This document shows positions 1 through 10,900 of a stretch of 64,000 nt of DNA, piece by piece; the first letter of the stretch is position 1; each line of letters opens with the position of its first letter. The notes under the pieces are model-generated. The model did no database searches. It worked only from the letters and a program-made list of their open reading frames with translations, and was not told where the DNA came from. This stretch comes from Eledone cirrhosa (Eukaryota). A program made the translations under genes and the position numbers. The DNA lies in the NCBI GenBank assembly GCA_964016885.1, contig OZ024744.1:63302001-63366000 (forward strand), given 5' to 3'.

Positions 1-805
1 TAGGCATCAGTGTCATTATCATCTTACATTTGCTTCCCATGTTATCATGATTGGCCAAGGATGTAGGCTTCAGTGTCATTATCATCTTACATTTGCTTCC
101 CATGTTATCATGATTGGCCAAGGATGTAGGCATCAGTGTCATTATCATCTTACATTTGCTTCCCATGTTATCATGATTGGCCAAGGATGTAGGCATCAGT
201 GTCATTATCATCTTACACTTGCTTCCCATGTTATCATGATTGGCCAAGGATGTAGGCTTCAGTGTCATTATCATCTTACACTTGCTTCCCATGTTATCAT
301 GATTGGCCAAGGGTGTAGGCTTCAGTGTCATTATCATCTTACATTTGCTTCCCATGTTATCATGATTGGCCAAGGGTGTAGGCATCAGTGTCATTATCAT
401 CTTACATTTGCTTCCCATGTTATCATGATTGGCCAAGGATGTAGGCATCAGTGTCATTATCATCTTACACTTGCTTCCCATGTTATCATGATTGGCCAAG
501 GATGTAGGCTTCAGTGTCATTATCATCTTACACTTGCTTCCCATGTTATCATGATTGGCCAAGGGTGTAGGCTTCAGTGTCATTATCATCTTACATTTGC
601 TTCCCATGTTATCATGATTGGCCAAGGATGTAGGCTTCAGTGTCATTATCATCTTACATTTGCTTCCCATGTTATCATGATTGGCCAAGGATGTAGGCAT
701 CAGTGTCATTATCATCTTACACTTGCTTCCCATGTTATCATGATTGGCCAAGGATGTAGGCATCAGTGTCATTATCATCTTACATTTGCTTCCCATGTTA
801 TCATG
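1..805. repeat. 63-bp minisatellite, ~12.8 near-identical copies, runs off the left edge
   Basis: Unit TAGGCATCAGTGTCATTATCATCTTACATTTGCTTCCCATGTTATCATGATTGGCCAAGGATG repeats with only three variable positions. It explains the 21-aa periodic ORF 47-811. Confidence 0.97.
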
Positions 806-834
806 TGTTGAATGTGTCAACACAGAAAATCATT

Positions 835-2146
835 ACATCATCATCATCACTGTTTAATGTCCATTTTCCACACTAGCATGGGTTAGACGGGTTGTCCCAT
901 TAGAGGCAAGTTGGGTGAGGTGACTGTGTCTTGTTCATATAGGATTATTTCTGGCTTGATTTCTATGGCTGGATGTCCTTCATAACACCAACCACATTTA
1001 CAGTGTTAATTGGGAGCCTTTTTGTTGGGACACCTACATCACTTCTTTACAATGTGAGCTGGATGCTTTTTGTCATGACTCCTACACAACTACTTTACAG
1101 TGTGGGTTGGATCCTTTTAGTCGTGACACTTACATAACCCCTTTACAATGTGAGCTGGGTGCTTTTTGTCATGACTCCTACACAACTACTTTACAGTGTG
1201 GGTTGGATCCTTTTAGTCGTGACACTTACATAACCCCTTTAGAGTGTGGGCTGGGTGCTTTTTGTCATGACTCCTACACAATCATTTTACAGTGTGGACT
1301 GGGTGCTTTTTGTTGTGACTCTTACTTGACCACTTTACTGCATGTGCTGGGTGCTTATATTGTGACACCTAACTCAACAACTTTACAGTGTGGACTGGGT
1401 GCTTTTTGTCATAACACCTACACAACTACTTTACAGTGTGGGTTGGATGCTTTTAGTCGTGACACTTACATAACCCCTTTAGAGTGTGGGCTGGGTGCTT
1501 TTTGTCATGACTCCTACACAACTACTTTACAGTGTGGGTTGGATGCTTTTAGTCGTGACACTTACATAACCCCTTTAGAGTGTGGGCTGGGTGCATTTTG
1601 TCATGACTCCTACACAACTACTTTACAGTGTGGGTTGGATGCTTTTAGTCGTGACACTTACATAACCCCTTTAGAGTGTGGGCTGGGTGCTTTTTGTCAT
1701 GACTCCTACACAATCATTTTACAGTGTGGGCTGGGTGCTTTTTGTTGTGACTCTTACTTGACCACTTTAGAGTGTGGGCTGGGTGCTTTTTGTCATGACT
1801 CCTACACAATCATTTTACAGTGTGGGCTGGGTGCTTTTTGTTGTGACTCTTACTTGACCACTTTACTGCGTGTGCTGGGTGCTTATATTGTGACACCTAA
1901 CTCGACAACTTTACAGTGTGGACTGGATGCTTTTAGTCATGACACCTACATAACCACTTTAGAGTGTGGGCTGGGTGCTTTTTGTCATGACTCCTACATA
2001 ACTACTTTACAGAGTGGACTGGATGCTTTTAGTCATGACACCTACATAACCACTTTACAGCGGGGGCTGGATACTCTTTGTCATGATACCTACACAACCA
2101 CTTTCGGGCATGGCTTCTATAGTTGGATGCCCTTCCTAACAGCAAC
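835..2146 (-). mobile_element. RTE-family 3' end (GAT-tailed) with internally expanded 48-bp VNTR
   Basis: 835-1000 is the reverse complement of the RTE 3' terminus at 19400-19566 ((CAT)n, TTTAATGTCCATTTTCCAC-CTAGCATGGG) and runs directly into the 48-bp array. Confidence 0.8.
990..2105. repeat. 48-bp minisatellite, ~23 diverged copies
   Basis: Unit ~ACTTTACAGTGTGGGCTGGGTGCTTTTTGTCATGACTCCTACACAACT; 16-aa periodicity in ORF 1107-2225. Confidence 0.95.
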
Positions 2147-2334
2147 TCTGAAAATGGGGAAAGAAATTGGAAAACATTTCAAATCCTCACAGACATTTTT
2201 ATCAAACCACTTAATTATGCCATAATCTCTGTTCCTGTCTCATGGACCAATTTTTGGCTCTTCCAGGAATGATTACTAAAATCTTTCAAATCTATTTTTG
2301 TTTATGCATTTATTTAGTGTTTTTTTTTTCTTTC

Positions 2335-2645
2335 TTTCTTTTCCTTCTTCTTCTTCTTCTTCTTCTTCTTCTTCTTCTTCTTCTTCTTCTTCTTCTTCTT
2401 CGCCCACTTATTCCTGAGAGTGTCGTGGGGGCAGAGTCCCCAAACACCCCCTCCAACAGGTCCTGTCAGAAGCAACTATCTCCAACTGATCCGCCTGGAT
2501 CCCCAAGCGTGACCAATCAAGACCATGGATGTTATCCAACCATCTTATTCGGGGTCTACTCCTGGCTCTCCTGTTGCTTGGATTTGCCCGTAAAATCTGT
2601 CCAGTGATTCTTTCCTGGGTCATTCTAACCACATGCCCATAATAT
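2335..2645 (-). mobile_element. 5'-truncated RTE-clade LINE 3' end, second family with (GAA)n tail
   Basis: Minus ORF 2408-2632 (RITGQILRANPSNRRARSRPRIRWLD...ASDRTCWR) is a typical RTE ORF C-terminus. The stop is followed by GTGGGC and (GAA)n, seen as (TTC)n at 2340-2400. Homologous copies at 13710, 23570 and 50790. Confidence 0.85.
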
Positions 2646-2647
2646 CA

Positions 2648-3115
2648 TTAACTTTGCCTTTCATCCTTACGGGGTCGATAAAATAAACAACCAGTAATGC
2701 ACTGGGATCGATTTAATTGACTTTCCCCTTCTCTTCAAATTGCTGGCCTTGTGCCATAAGTAGAAACAATTTTATTATTTTTCTTTTGAAACCCACAGTG
2801 TACCATCCTGTACCGTCCTGTACTGTCCTTAATGTATTTTTTAGTAAACCCTTTGTAGTTAATAAAGAAAACATTATTAGAATTATTATTAAGGGCAGTG
2901 GATTGGCAGTATCGGTAGAGGGTTGGACGCCATGCTTTGCAGCATGGAGTTACGGCCCTTATGATCTGAGTTCAAATCCTGCCGAGGTTAACTTTGCCTT
3001 TCATCCTTACGGGGTCGATAAAATAAAGTACCAGTCACGCACTGAGGTCAATTTCATCGACTTTTCACTGCCCCCAAAATTGCTGGCCTTGTGCCTATAT
3101 AAGAAACCATTATTT
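2648..3115 (+). mobile_element. tRNA-derived SINE family A: one partial copy and one full copy (2893-3115)
   Basis: A-box-like TGGCAGTATCGGT (~2903), B-box GAGTTCAAATCC (~2968), body AACTTTGCCTTTCATCCTTACGGGGTCGATAAAATAAAGTACCAG, (ATT)n tail. More than 10 homologous copies in the window. Confidence 0.85.
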
Positions 3116-3296
3116 TCAAATACATAAAAATTATATTTGATTGTTACATGGAATAAGTGTCTTGTAATTTTCCTTAAGTGTCTTGTAATTTTCTCATCCC
3201 GTTACTCTGAAGTAGTAATATAATGTTTGTACTTCCTCTTATCTCCAAGGAACACCGACGAGGAATTGCAGTCAATTCAAATACGAATGCACTGAA

Positions 3297-3719
3297 AATG
3301 TATGTATGCATGTATGTATGTATGTATGTATGTATGTATGTATGTATGTATGTGTGTGTATGTGTGTATGTGTGTATGTACGTATGTATGTGTGTGTGTG
3401 TGTATGTATGTATGCAAGTATGTGTGTGTGTATGTATGTATGTATGTATGTATGTATGTATGTATGTATGTATGTATGTATGTGTGTGTGTATATGTGTG
3501 TATGTGTGTATGTGTGTATGTACATATGTATGTGTGTGTGTGTGTGTATGTATGTATGCATGTATGTATGTTTTCTCTTTCTCTTAATTTCGAGTATATT
3601 TTTTTGACCGGCCACCTTCCTGGTGGCAAGGTTGTAAAAGAAAAGAAATTGTCATCCCTTGAATCGCAAGAATGTTTTGCAATTTGAAGGTGCCAGCTAT
3701 GTGTGTATGTACGTATGTA

Positions 3720-3750
<31 letters not shown>

Positions 3751-3759
3751 ATGCAAGTA

Positions 3760-3790
<31 letters not shown>

Positions 3791-3861
3791 ATGTATGTAT
3801 GTATGTGTGTGTGTATGTGTGTGTATGTGTGTATGTGTGTATGTGTGTATGTACGTATGTA

Positions 3862-3898
<37 letters not shown>

Positions 3899-3932
3899 TT
3901 GCATGTATGTATGTGTGTATGTATGTATGTAT
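3297..3932. repeat. Two compound (TATG)n/(TG)n microsatellites (3297-3570, 3698-3932)
   Basis: Read directly; both blocks share the interruptions GTACGT and GCAAGT. Confidence 0.95.
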
Positions 3933-4035
3933 TCCCAGTGAATGTTTTGGTTGCCGACTCTGTGCAAGACATTTTAGATCATTGGCTGGGCTAAAAAGCC
4001 ACATTTGATCGCAGCGCTGTTAATTGCTATCGTGT
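3932..4035 (+). mobile_element. Fragment encoding an RTE/BovB-like C-terminal zinc finger
   Basis: Translates to FGCRLCARHFRSLAGLKSHI*, resembling the CxxC-R-F-S-x-GL-SH terminal finger of BovB-like RTE ORFs. Confidence 0.5.
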
Positions 4036-4082
4036 GTGTGTGTGTATAGATATGTTTATGTGTATGCGTGTGTGCGTATATA

Positions 4083-4089
<7 letters not shown>

Positions 4090-4115
<26 letters not shown>

Positions 4116-7100
4116 GAAATTATTGTGTACAGTGCTCAGGTGCACTACAACTCATCAAAGGTGCATGTATAGTACATAGAATAATGTACAAATGTCAGGA
4201 AAATAAACAGTGTATGAGTCATGATATAATAACAATAACAATAATGAAATATTGTGCACAGTGCCCAGGTGCACCACAACCCATCAAAAAAGTGCATGTA
4301 CAGTACATAGGGCAATGCACAAACATCAGTAAAATGAACAGTGCACGAGTCATGTGTGCATGTGTATGGAAGGGGTACATCAGGTGTAGTTTTGGCGTAT
4401 TTCGGGAAGCATGAGTGTCTTAAAGGATGCAGTGTCTCGGCAGCTAACAATTGACGCAGGCAGTTTGTTCCATGCTTCAGCAACTCTGAGCGTGAAAAAA
4501 TGTCTGCGAAAGTCATGGGAGCTGTGCTGTTTTCTGATCTTGTAGGCATGTCCACTTGTGTTAGACACATGGAGATCAAAGAGGCGCTCAGGGTTGCAGT
4601 TGGCGAGATGGTTAAAAACTTTGTGGGTATTCACCAAGTCCATTGCCAGACGTCGGAGCTTCAATGAATCCATGCCCAGGGAAGCAAGGCGTTCAGAGTA
4701 TGGTAGGTGTCTGATGGAGGGTATGCGCTTGGTTGCACGTCTCTGAACAGTTTCCAGGAGGTCAATGTTCCGAGCAAGATAGGGGTTCCAGACTGATGAT
4801 GCGAATTCCAAGTGTGGTCGCACCATAGCTGTATACAGTTTTAAATAGATGGTTGGAGAGCGGCTAACAAAGGTCTTGCTGAGTGATGCCAAGACACCCT
4901 CGGCCTTCTTGACAATCTTAGAGACATGCTTTGTCCAACGCAAATCGTTGCTGACAGTAATGCCCAGGTCACGTTCACAAGAGGACTTTTTGATGTCAGT
5001 GTTGTGGAGGGAGTATGTGGACGCTGGATTTTTCCTTCCAAAATGCATGGTGATACACTTGTCCACAGCCAGCTTCAGTTGCCAGTCTGTGATCCATTGC
5101 TGCATTGTGTCCAGGTCTGCTTGTAGGAAAGAGTTGTAAATTTCAGGATCAGTCCTTTTGATTTCAAGGTACAGCTTGATGTCATCTGCATATTTTAGTA
5201 CCGTGGCATTCTGTAAGTTGGCATCTATGTCATTAATATATGCCACAAACAAAAGAGGACCAAGAACAGATCCCTGTGGTACACCAGATGACATCTCATA
5301 TGGTGAAGAATGCTGTCCTAGAACCGTGACTACTACTTTTCGGCTGAGAATGAAGGATTTCAACCAGTCGAAAAGATCATCCCTCACACCCATTGCAGAG
5401 AGTTTTGCCATAAGTCTTTTGTGTGGCACAGAATTAAAAGCCTTAGCAAAGTCAAGGTAAACAACATCCACCCATGAGCCGCTGTCAGTGATCCGGGTGA
5501 TGTCCTCAAGGAACTCGATAAGCTGATCACAGCAGCTGGAGTTAGGGATAAATCCAAACTGTGAGGGCCGGATGAGGCTGTGAGAGCTCCAGAAGTTCCA
5601 AAGTGTTTCTCTGACACAGGATTCCATCAGTTTGGCCATACAGCTAGTAAGACTGACTGGACGATAGTTGACAGGTGACATGCGGTTGCCCTTTTTGAAC
5701 AGGGGAATGACACTGGCAGTTTTCCATTGCTCCGGAGTAGCACCATTGCTGAGACAGTATTGAAAGAAAAAAGAAAGCTGGCGCAAAAGGAAATCCCCGC
5801 CACGTTTGAGAAGCAGGTATGTCACACCATCAAGACCAGGGGAGGCATAGTTGCGCTTATTCTTAAGGTGACGTCGCAACATTGCAGGTGTAAATTCCAT
5901 AGTTGTTATGGAATTTGATGTTAGAGATGGTGGAGATGGTACATTCTGGTTTTCAACATAAAAAATACTTGCATAGCACTCAGCAATGAGTTCTGCGCAT
6001 TCCTTGGGATCGTCAGTGATCTGGCTTGTGTGGGGATTGCGAAGAGAACCAACTGGAGAGTGAGGTCTCTGCTTTGAATGAACATATTTCCAGAACACCT
6101 TACTGTCAGGATTGGTTGCGATGCACTGTTCAAATTCAAGCACTGCCTTCTTTGTCACTTGCTTGAGATGGTTAGAAGATTTATTCCGCTTTTTTCTGTT
6201 GGCATCTGATCTAAGCAGTTTATATTCCCGTTCAGCGTTCCGACATTCTTTCCTGGCAAGTCGGACCGCTGAAGTTTCCCAGATTGCACTTTTGGGGTGG
6301 TTATTTTTCCGCTTCCGTGGCACTGATGCTGCACACGCTATCCATATTGAGTCCAGGATGCTCTGGAGTATAGAGTTCACATCTCCAGAGTTATACATCT
6401 CATGCCAGTTTGGGCGCTGTAGCTCAGTGCAGTACAAGTTCCAATCCGCCCTCTTCCAATCAAAGCAAGCAGATTGGAGATGGCTCTGGTTTTTGTTGCT
6501 GCCCTCAAGTGCCAGATTGGCAATGATCATAGCATGATCAGAGTTGCCTAGAGGTTCCTCAGTAGTACAACTGATAACCACTTCAGGAGTAGTGGTGAAG
6601 ATCAGGTCCAAAGTGTTGTCACCTCTTGTTGGAGAGGTGACTACTTGTGACCAGTTTGAGTCCAGCACTAGTTCAAGGAAATCGTTTGCACCCTGTGGCC
6701 AACGAAAGGTTTCCCAATCGATCTCAGGATGATTGAAGTCACCTGCAATAAACACATAAGTGGCTGTTTTCTTGGCAGCAACTCTGAGGATATCGCAAAG
6801 CTGTGTGTCCTGATGGTAGTTTGGGGGGCGATAAACAACACCAAGCAGAAGTGTTGACATGGTCATACGTATGTCACAGAAAAAAACTTCTTCCTGTGAT
6901 TCGTTCAAATCAACGCAAGGAATTACCGAAAAGTTTGAACGAACGTAGACCATCACACCATCACCACGGCGGTTAATGCGGTCCTTGCGGAAAAGGTTGT
7001 ACCCAGTAATGCTGCAAACCCCATCACAGAGTAAGGAATGTGCCCATGTTTCCGTGACTGTGATGAAGTCAGGGTCGATGCTTCTGACGTAGGATTCGAA

Positions 7101-7220
7101 CAGATGTATCTTGTTGCATAAACTGCGAGCATTTAAGGACAACAATTTGTACCCTGCTTGCAGTTTATGATGGTGTGTAGAGGGTGGCAGGTTGTTCTGG
7201 TTTAGTTTCCCATATGTATA
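4090..7220 (-). mobile_element. CR1/L2-group LINE, 5'-truncated at the ORF1/ORF2 junction, with complete ORF2, 3' UTR and (ATT)n tail
   Basis: Contains the ORF below; 3' UTR 4115-4379; tail seen as (AAT)n at 4090-4115. Confidence 0.92.
4380..7145 (-). CDS. LINE ORF2: APE endonuclease + reverse transcriptase (CR1/L2 group), 921 aa uninterrupted
   Basis: APE motifs LNARSL, VTETW, YRPP, GDFNHP, TLDLI, SDH. RT motifs NYRPVSLTS, QFGF, YLDFAKAF, GVPQGSVLGPLLF, YADD. CR1/L2-type C-terminus RPHLEFASSVWNP...VQRRATK...FFTLRVAEAWNKLP. The listed start is TTG; the frame stays open to ~7220. Confidence 0.95.
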   Translation of the reverse strand: MLSLNARSLCNKIHLFESYVRSIDPDFITVTETWAHSLLCDGVCSITGYNLFRKDRINRRGDGVMVYVRSNFSVIPCVDLNESQEEVFFCDIRMTMSTLLLGVVYRPPNYHQDTQLCDILRVAAKKTATYVFIAGDFNHPEIDWETFRWPQGANDFLELVLDSNWSQVVTSPTRGDNTLDLIFTTTPEVVISCTTEEPLGNSDHAMIIANLALEGSNKNQSHLQSACFDWKRADWNLYCTELQRPNWHEMYNSGDVNSILQSILDSIWIACAASVPRKRKNNHPKSAIWETSAVRLARKECRNAEREYKLLRSDANRKKRNKSSNHLKQVTKKAVLEFEQCIATNPDSKVFWKYVHSKQRPHSPVGSLRNPHTSQITDDPKECAELIAECYASIFYVENQNVPSPPSLTSNSITTMEFTPAMLRRHLKNKRNYASPGLDGVTYLLLKRGGDFLLRQLSFFFQYCLSNGATPEQWKTASVIPLFKKGNRMSPVNYRPVSLTSCMAKLMESCVRETLWNFWSSHSLIRPSQFGFIPNSSCCDQLIEFLEDITRITDSGSWVDVVYLDFAKAFNSVPHKRLMAKLSAMGVRDDLFDWLKSFILSRKVVVTVLGQHSSPYEMSSGVPQGSVLGPLLFVAYINDIDANLQNATVLKYADDIKLYLEIKRTDPEIYNSFLQADLDTMQQWITDWQLKLAVDKCITMHFGRKNPASTYSLHNTDIKKSSCERDLGITVSNDLRWTKHVSKIVKKAEGVLASLSKTFVSRSPTIYLKLYTAMVRPHLEFASSVWNPYLARNIDLLETVQRRATKRIPSIRHLPYSERLASLGMDSLKLRRLAMDLVNTHKVFNHLANCNPERLFDLHVSNTSGHAYKIRKQHSSHDFRRHFFTLRVAEAWNKLPASIVSCRDTASFKTLMLPEIRQNYT

Positions 7221-7305
7221 TTATTATTGTTGTTGTTGTTGTCGTTATTATTATTGTTGTTATTATTATTATTATTGTTATTAATATATATATATATTTT
7301 TTTTT

Positions 7306-7645
7306 CTCGTGCAATGGCCATACTTGATAACGAGGGGGCAGCCATCATGTATGTATGTATGTATGCATGTATATATGTTGTATGTATGTATGCATTTATG
7401 TATGTATGTATGTATGCATGTATATATGTATGTATGTATGCATACATACATATATACATACATACATATTTTCGGGTTATAGCTACTGTCGCTCAGAGAG
7501 TGGGATTGGCTCAGTGCACAGCCTTTCCTCACTTTAAAAAGAATCTTCACACACAGGCATTGCACGATAGAATTAATTAATTATTATTAATAATGGTATA
7601 TCGTGCAATGGCCATACTCGATAACGAGGGGGCAGCCATCATCAT
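7306..7645 (+). mobile_element. Two copies of a ~42-nt BovB-like RTE 3' terminus (7306-7348, 7600-7645), each followed by a (TATG)/(TG) microsatellite
   Basis: TCGTGCAATGGCCATACTYGATAACGAGGGGGCAGCCATCAT occurs twice, with a short CTCG/CGAG stem and CAT tail. The family assignment is inference. Confidence 0.5.
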
Positions 7646-7924
7646 GTATGTGTGTATGTATGTATGTGTGTATGTATATATGTGTGTGCGTATGTATGTG
7701 TGTGCAAGCGTATGTGTGAATGTTTGTATGTGCGAGTATACATGTGTGTGTGTGTGTGTGTATGTATGTCTGTGTGTATGTATGTATGTGTGTGTGTGTA
7801 TATATGTGTATGTGTGTGTATATATATGAATGTGTGTATGGGTGTATATGTATGTGTGTGTGTGTGTGTATATATATGTATGTATGTGTGTGTATATATA
7901 TGTATCAGTGGCGAAGGGTAACCT

Positions 7925-10900
7925 GGAAAGCAAGAGCATGCAGTCCAATCACCATGGCGGTTTTTACTGCGGATTTACCCATGCGAAATATTACACAAAC
8001 TCACAGCCTTAGATTTTGTATTTCTAGCGTTTTTATTTTCCTTCTCTTTGCATGTTCAGTGCTCTTTCTCTCCCACTGTATTTACCTGCCTCTCACATGA
8101 CCAGACTCCTCTCCACGCACTCATAATTTTCTTACCCCTTCTTCACTTTCTATCCCTGCTCTTGCTCCCCCCTTACTTCGTCCTTGCGCACAGCCCACCT
8201 ATGTATTCGTTCAATCCATCGGTGGCCCCGATGTTTCAATCGAACTATCACCAGCGATTGCCGATTGCTAAAGTTGCCACCACTTTAACCTAGTCCACTC
8301 TAGGTGGCGGTGACATGCGTCGAACGACCAAGAGACCTGCTTGGTGGAACGACTGACAACCGGTCAGCCTTCGACCTCTCATTCTCCACCAACTTCGGCA
8401 CGCACGAGAGGAGCTAACTTTCCCCCACCTTCCCCCTCCTCCTCTTCACGGCAGATGCCGAACGAATCCATCCCGGCCAACCACACCACCCCTACAACTG
8501 TTAGCTCACCACCCAACCTCCGCTCTAGTCCCACCGTTAGAACCACTGCTGCCTCCGTTACTGACTCACTCCCTCCACCGAATTCCAATGCTAGCCCTCT
8601 ACTTTGCCACAGCCCTCCAGGGTTTCTCCAAATCTAAGCTCGTTAACCGGATCCCTAAGGGAGCTTGGAATAGCTTTGCACGTGCGCTCTCTAATTTATT
8701 GAAAAACGTTTGCTCGTCCAACAATAGGTCTGACTGGCAGAATTTGTTTTTGTTTCCCCTCATCTCTCTTCACGTGCACAATGCAAATTTGGGTTCCCTC
8801 ACGTCCTCTCTCAAGCGGCAGTTCCAGCTGTTTGAGACCACCCCAACCACGTCTCATCTCAGTTAGACATCAAGCTCGGTGTCCACCAACAGACAACTGG
8901 TAGACCTCAAGCGAGCGGTCAATGCCAAATTCAACGAATTTGATATTAAAGGGGCTGTCCGTCTCCTCCCTTCTCTGTCCTCCCTTGCTCCGTGCAACTC
9001 TGATTCTCTTGAGCGACTGAAAGAGAAGCACCCATCGGCACCCCCAGATGATCAGCTACACCGGCCCGAACCACCAGAATACTTGAGACCGGTTTACACC
9101 ACCGATATCATCAGAAAGGCGATTTCATCCTTCCCCGCTGGGTTAGGCGCGGGAATTGACGGTCTTCGTCCTCAACACCTGAAGGATGGTATCTCCTTAT
9201 CGGCCGGTGACGCCGGACTCGAGCTCTTGGAGAGTTCTCTTGTTCATCTGCCCACTGTTCTTTGGTGCGAAGCTATTTGGTCTCACCAAGCCCAACTGGA
9301 ACCTGCGCTCCATTGCAATTGGCTGCACTCTTCGCCGCCTCACTGCAAAGGCATGTTTGCTGCTGGTCTCTGACTCACTGGCAGAGGAATTTTCCCCCAT
9401 CCAGCTGGGGGTGGGTACCAGGCTGGGACGTGAGGCTGCTGTCCACGCTGCCAGAGCATTTACAAACTTGCCCTCCTCGTCCCCCAAGGTCATACTCAAA
9501 CTTGACCTCATGAACGCCTGTAACTCTGTCAGCCGCGACGTTGTCCTTGGCTCAGTAAGAGAGAGGGTCCCACAACTCTACCACTTTGCTTGGCAGGCTT
9601 ATCGGGAGCCCTCCTACCTCTCTTTCGGTGACCAGATCATCACTTCTGTCTCAGGAGTCCAACAGGGTGACCCACTCGGGGCCGCACTGTTTGCACTGGG
9701 CATTGATGATGTCACCAAGATGGGGGTTGAGTTGGACCTCAATGTCTGGTACCTCGACGACGCCTGTTTGGGGGGAACTCCGGATACGGTTCTCGCCACT
9801 GCCAACAGGATGGTGGAGGAGCTTGGCTACCGGGGTCTCCAGATCAATAGCTCCAAATGTGAGTTCTGGATCCTCAACCACCCGGCTTCTCAACACCAAT
9901 AGCTGATCGACCTGTTCGCAGAGTCCTTCCCTTCAATCGCGATCCCTCCCCCGTCGGCTTGGTGCTCCTTAGGAGCCCCAATCACAGACCCGGCCTTCGA
10001 GTCAATCTTCCAATCGAAGATGGTTAGCCTTGAGCAGCTGCTGAGGAATATCGAAGTTATCAAACCCCATCAAGGTTTCTTCATACTCAGGAACTACCTG
10101 TCAATTCCTAAGCTTCTGTGTCTGCTTAGGGTCAGCCCCTCTCACAGATTTCCGCCCTGCCTCCAACGCTTCGACGACCTAATCTTTGAGAGACTCGAGT
10201 GCCTGGTCAATGTTAGATTCTCTCCAGAGTCCCGCGATTAGGCTGCGTTGCCCAAGCGATTTGGAGGTCTTGGTCTTCGTAAGTGTTCGTCTCTCTCTCT
10301 CCCCTGCTTCCTTTCCTCCACCCACGCTTGCTCCACCCTGGTGAGCAACATCCTATCCTCTCCAAAATGGACTAGTTCCAATAGGGAGTTGGGTGAAGCA
10401 ATGGAGTGAGTTGGGCTTGTCTCTTCCTGAGAAGGTGGACAATCGAAGTCAGAGAACTTAGGACAGCATAAGTTCGAAGGCCACTTTTGACTCCCTCTTT
10501 GTCCAGTCAGATCAGTTTGCAAGGTTCCGCTTACTATCTGCCAGCGCCAAATACTCAGGCGACTGGGTCGATGCCCTACTCGTGGCCAACGTTGGTGGCC
10601 TACTCAGCCTGGACAAACTTCATGTCGCCATCGCCCTCAGAGTGGGAGCTGACGTCTGCATGGGTTTGAGGTGCCAATGCGGAAAACTCCTCGACTCTAC
10701 AGGCTTCCACGGTCTTTCTTGCCGCCTGAATGCCAGCCGCTTCGCGCGTCACACGGAGATAAACCTCATTCTGAAGAGAGCTTTGGCCCGGGCGAATATC
10801 CCCTCAGTTTTGGAACCATCTGGGTTGTCCAGAAGTGACGGCAAAAAACCTGACGGTCTTACCCTGTGCCCCTGGTCGAGAGGCAGGTGCCTTGTCTGGG

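Noticed and set aside
47-811. 254-aa Cys/His-rich repeat ORF; also a superficially CRISPR-like array
   Set aside because: The 63-bp unit is a multiple of 3 that happens to lack a stop. There are no unique spacers, no cas genes, and no non-repetitive coding context.
1107-2225. 372-aa Cys-rich ORF (metallothionein/keratin-associated look)
   Set aside because: It translates the 48-bp VNTR derived from the antisense RTE 3' UTR; the same applies to 22555-23272.
2242-2607. Poly-Leu signal-peptide-like ORF
   Set aside because: It is the antisense (GAA)n tail and 3' end of an RTE.
3174-4008. HTYI/MYVC-rich ORFs (also 7202-8100 and 48914-49158)
   Set aside because: Microsatellite translations open in most frames.
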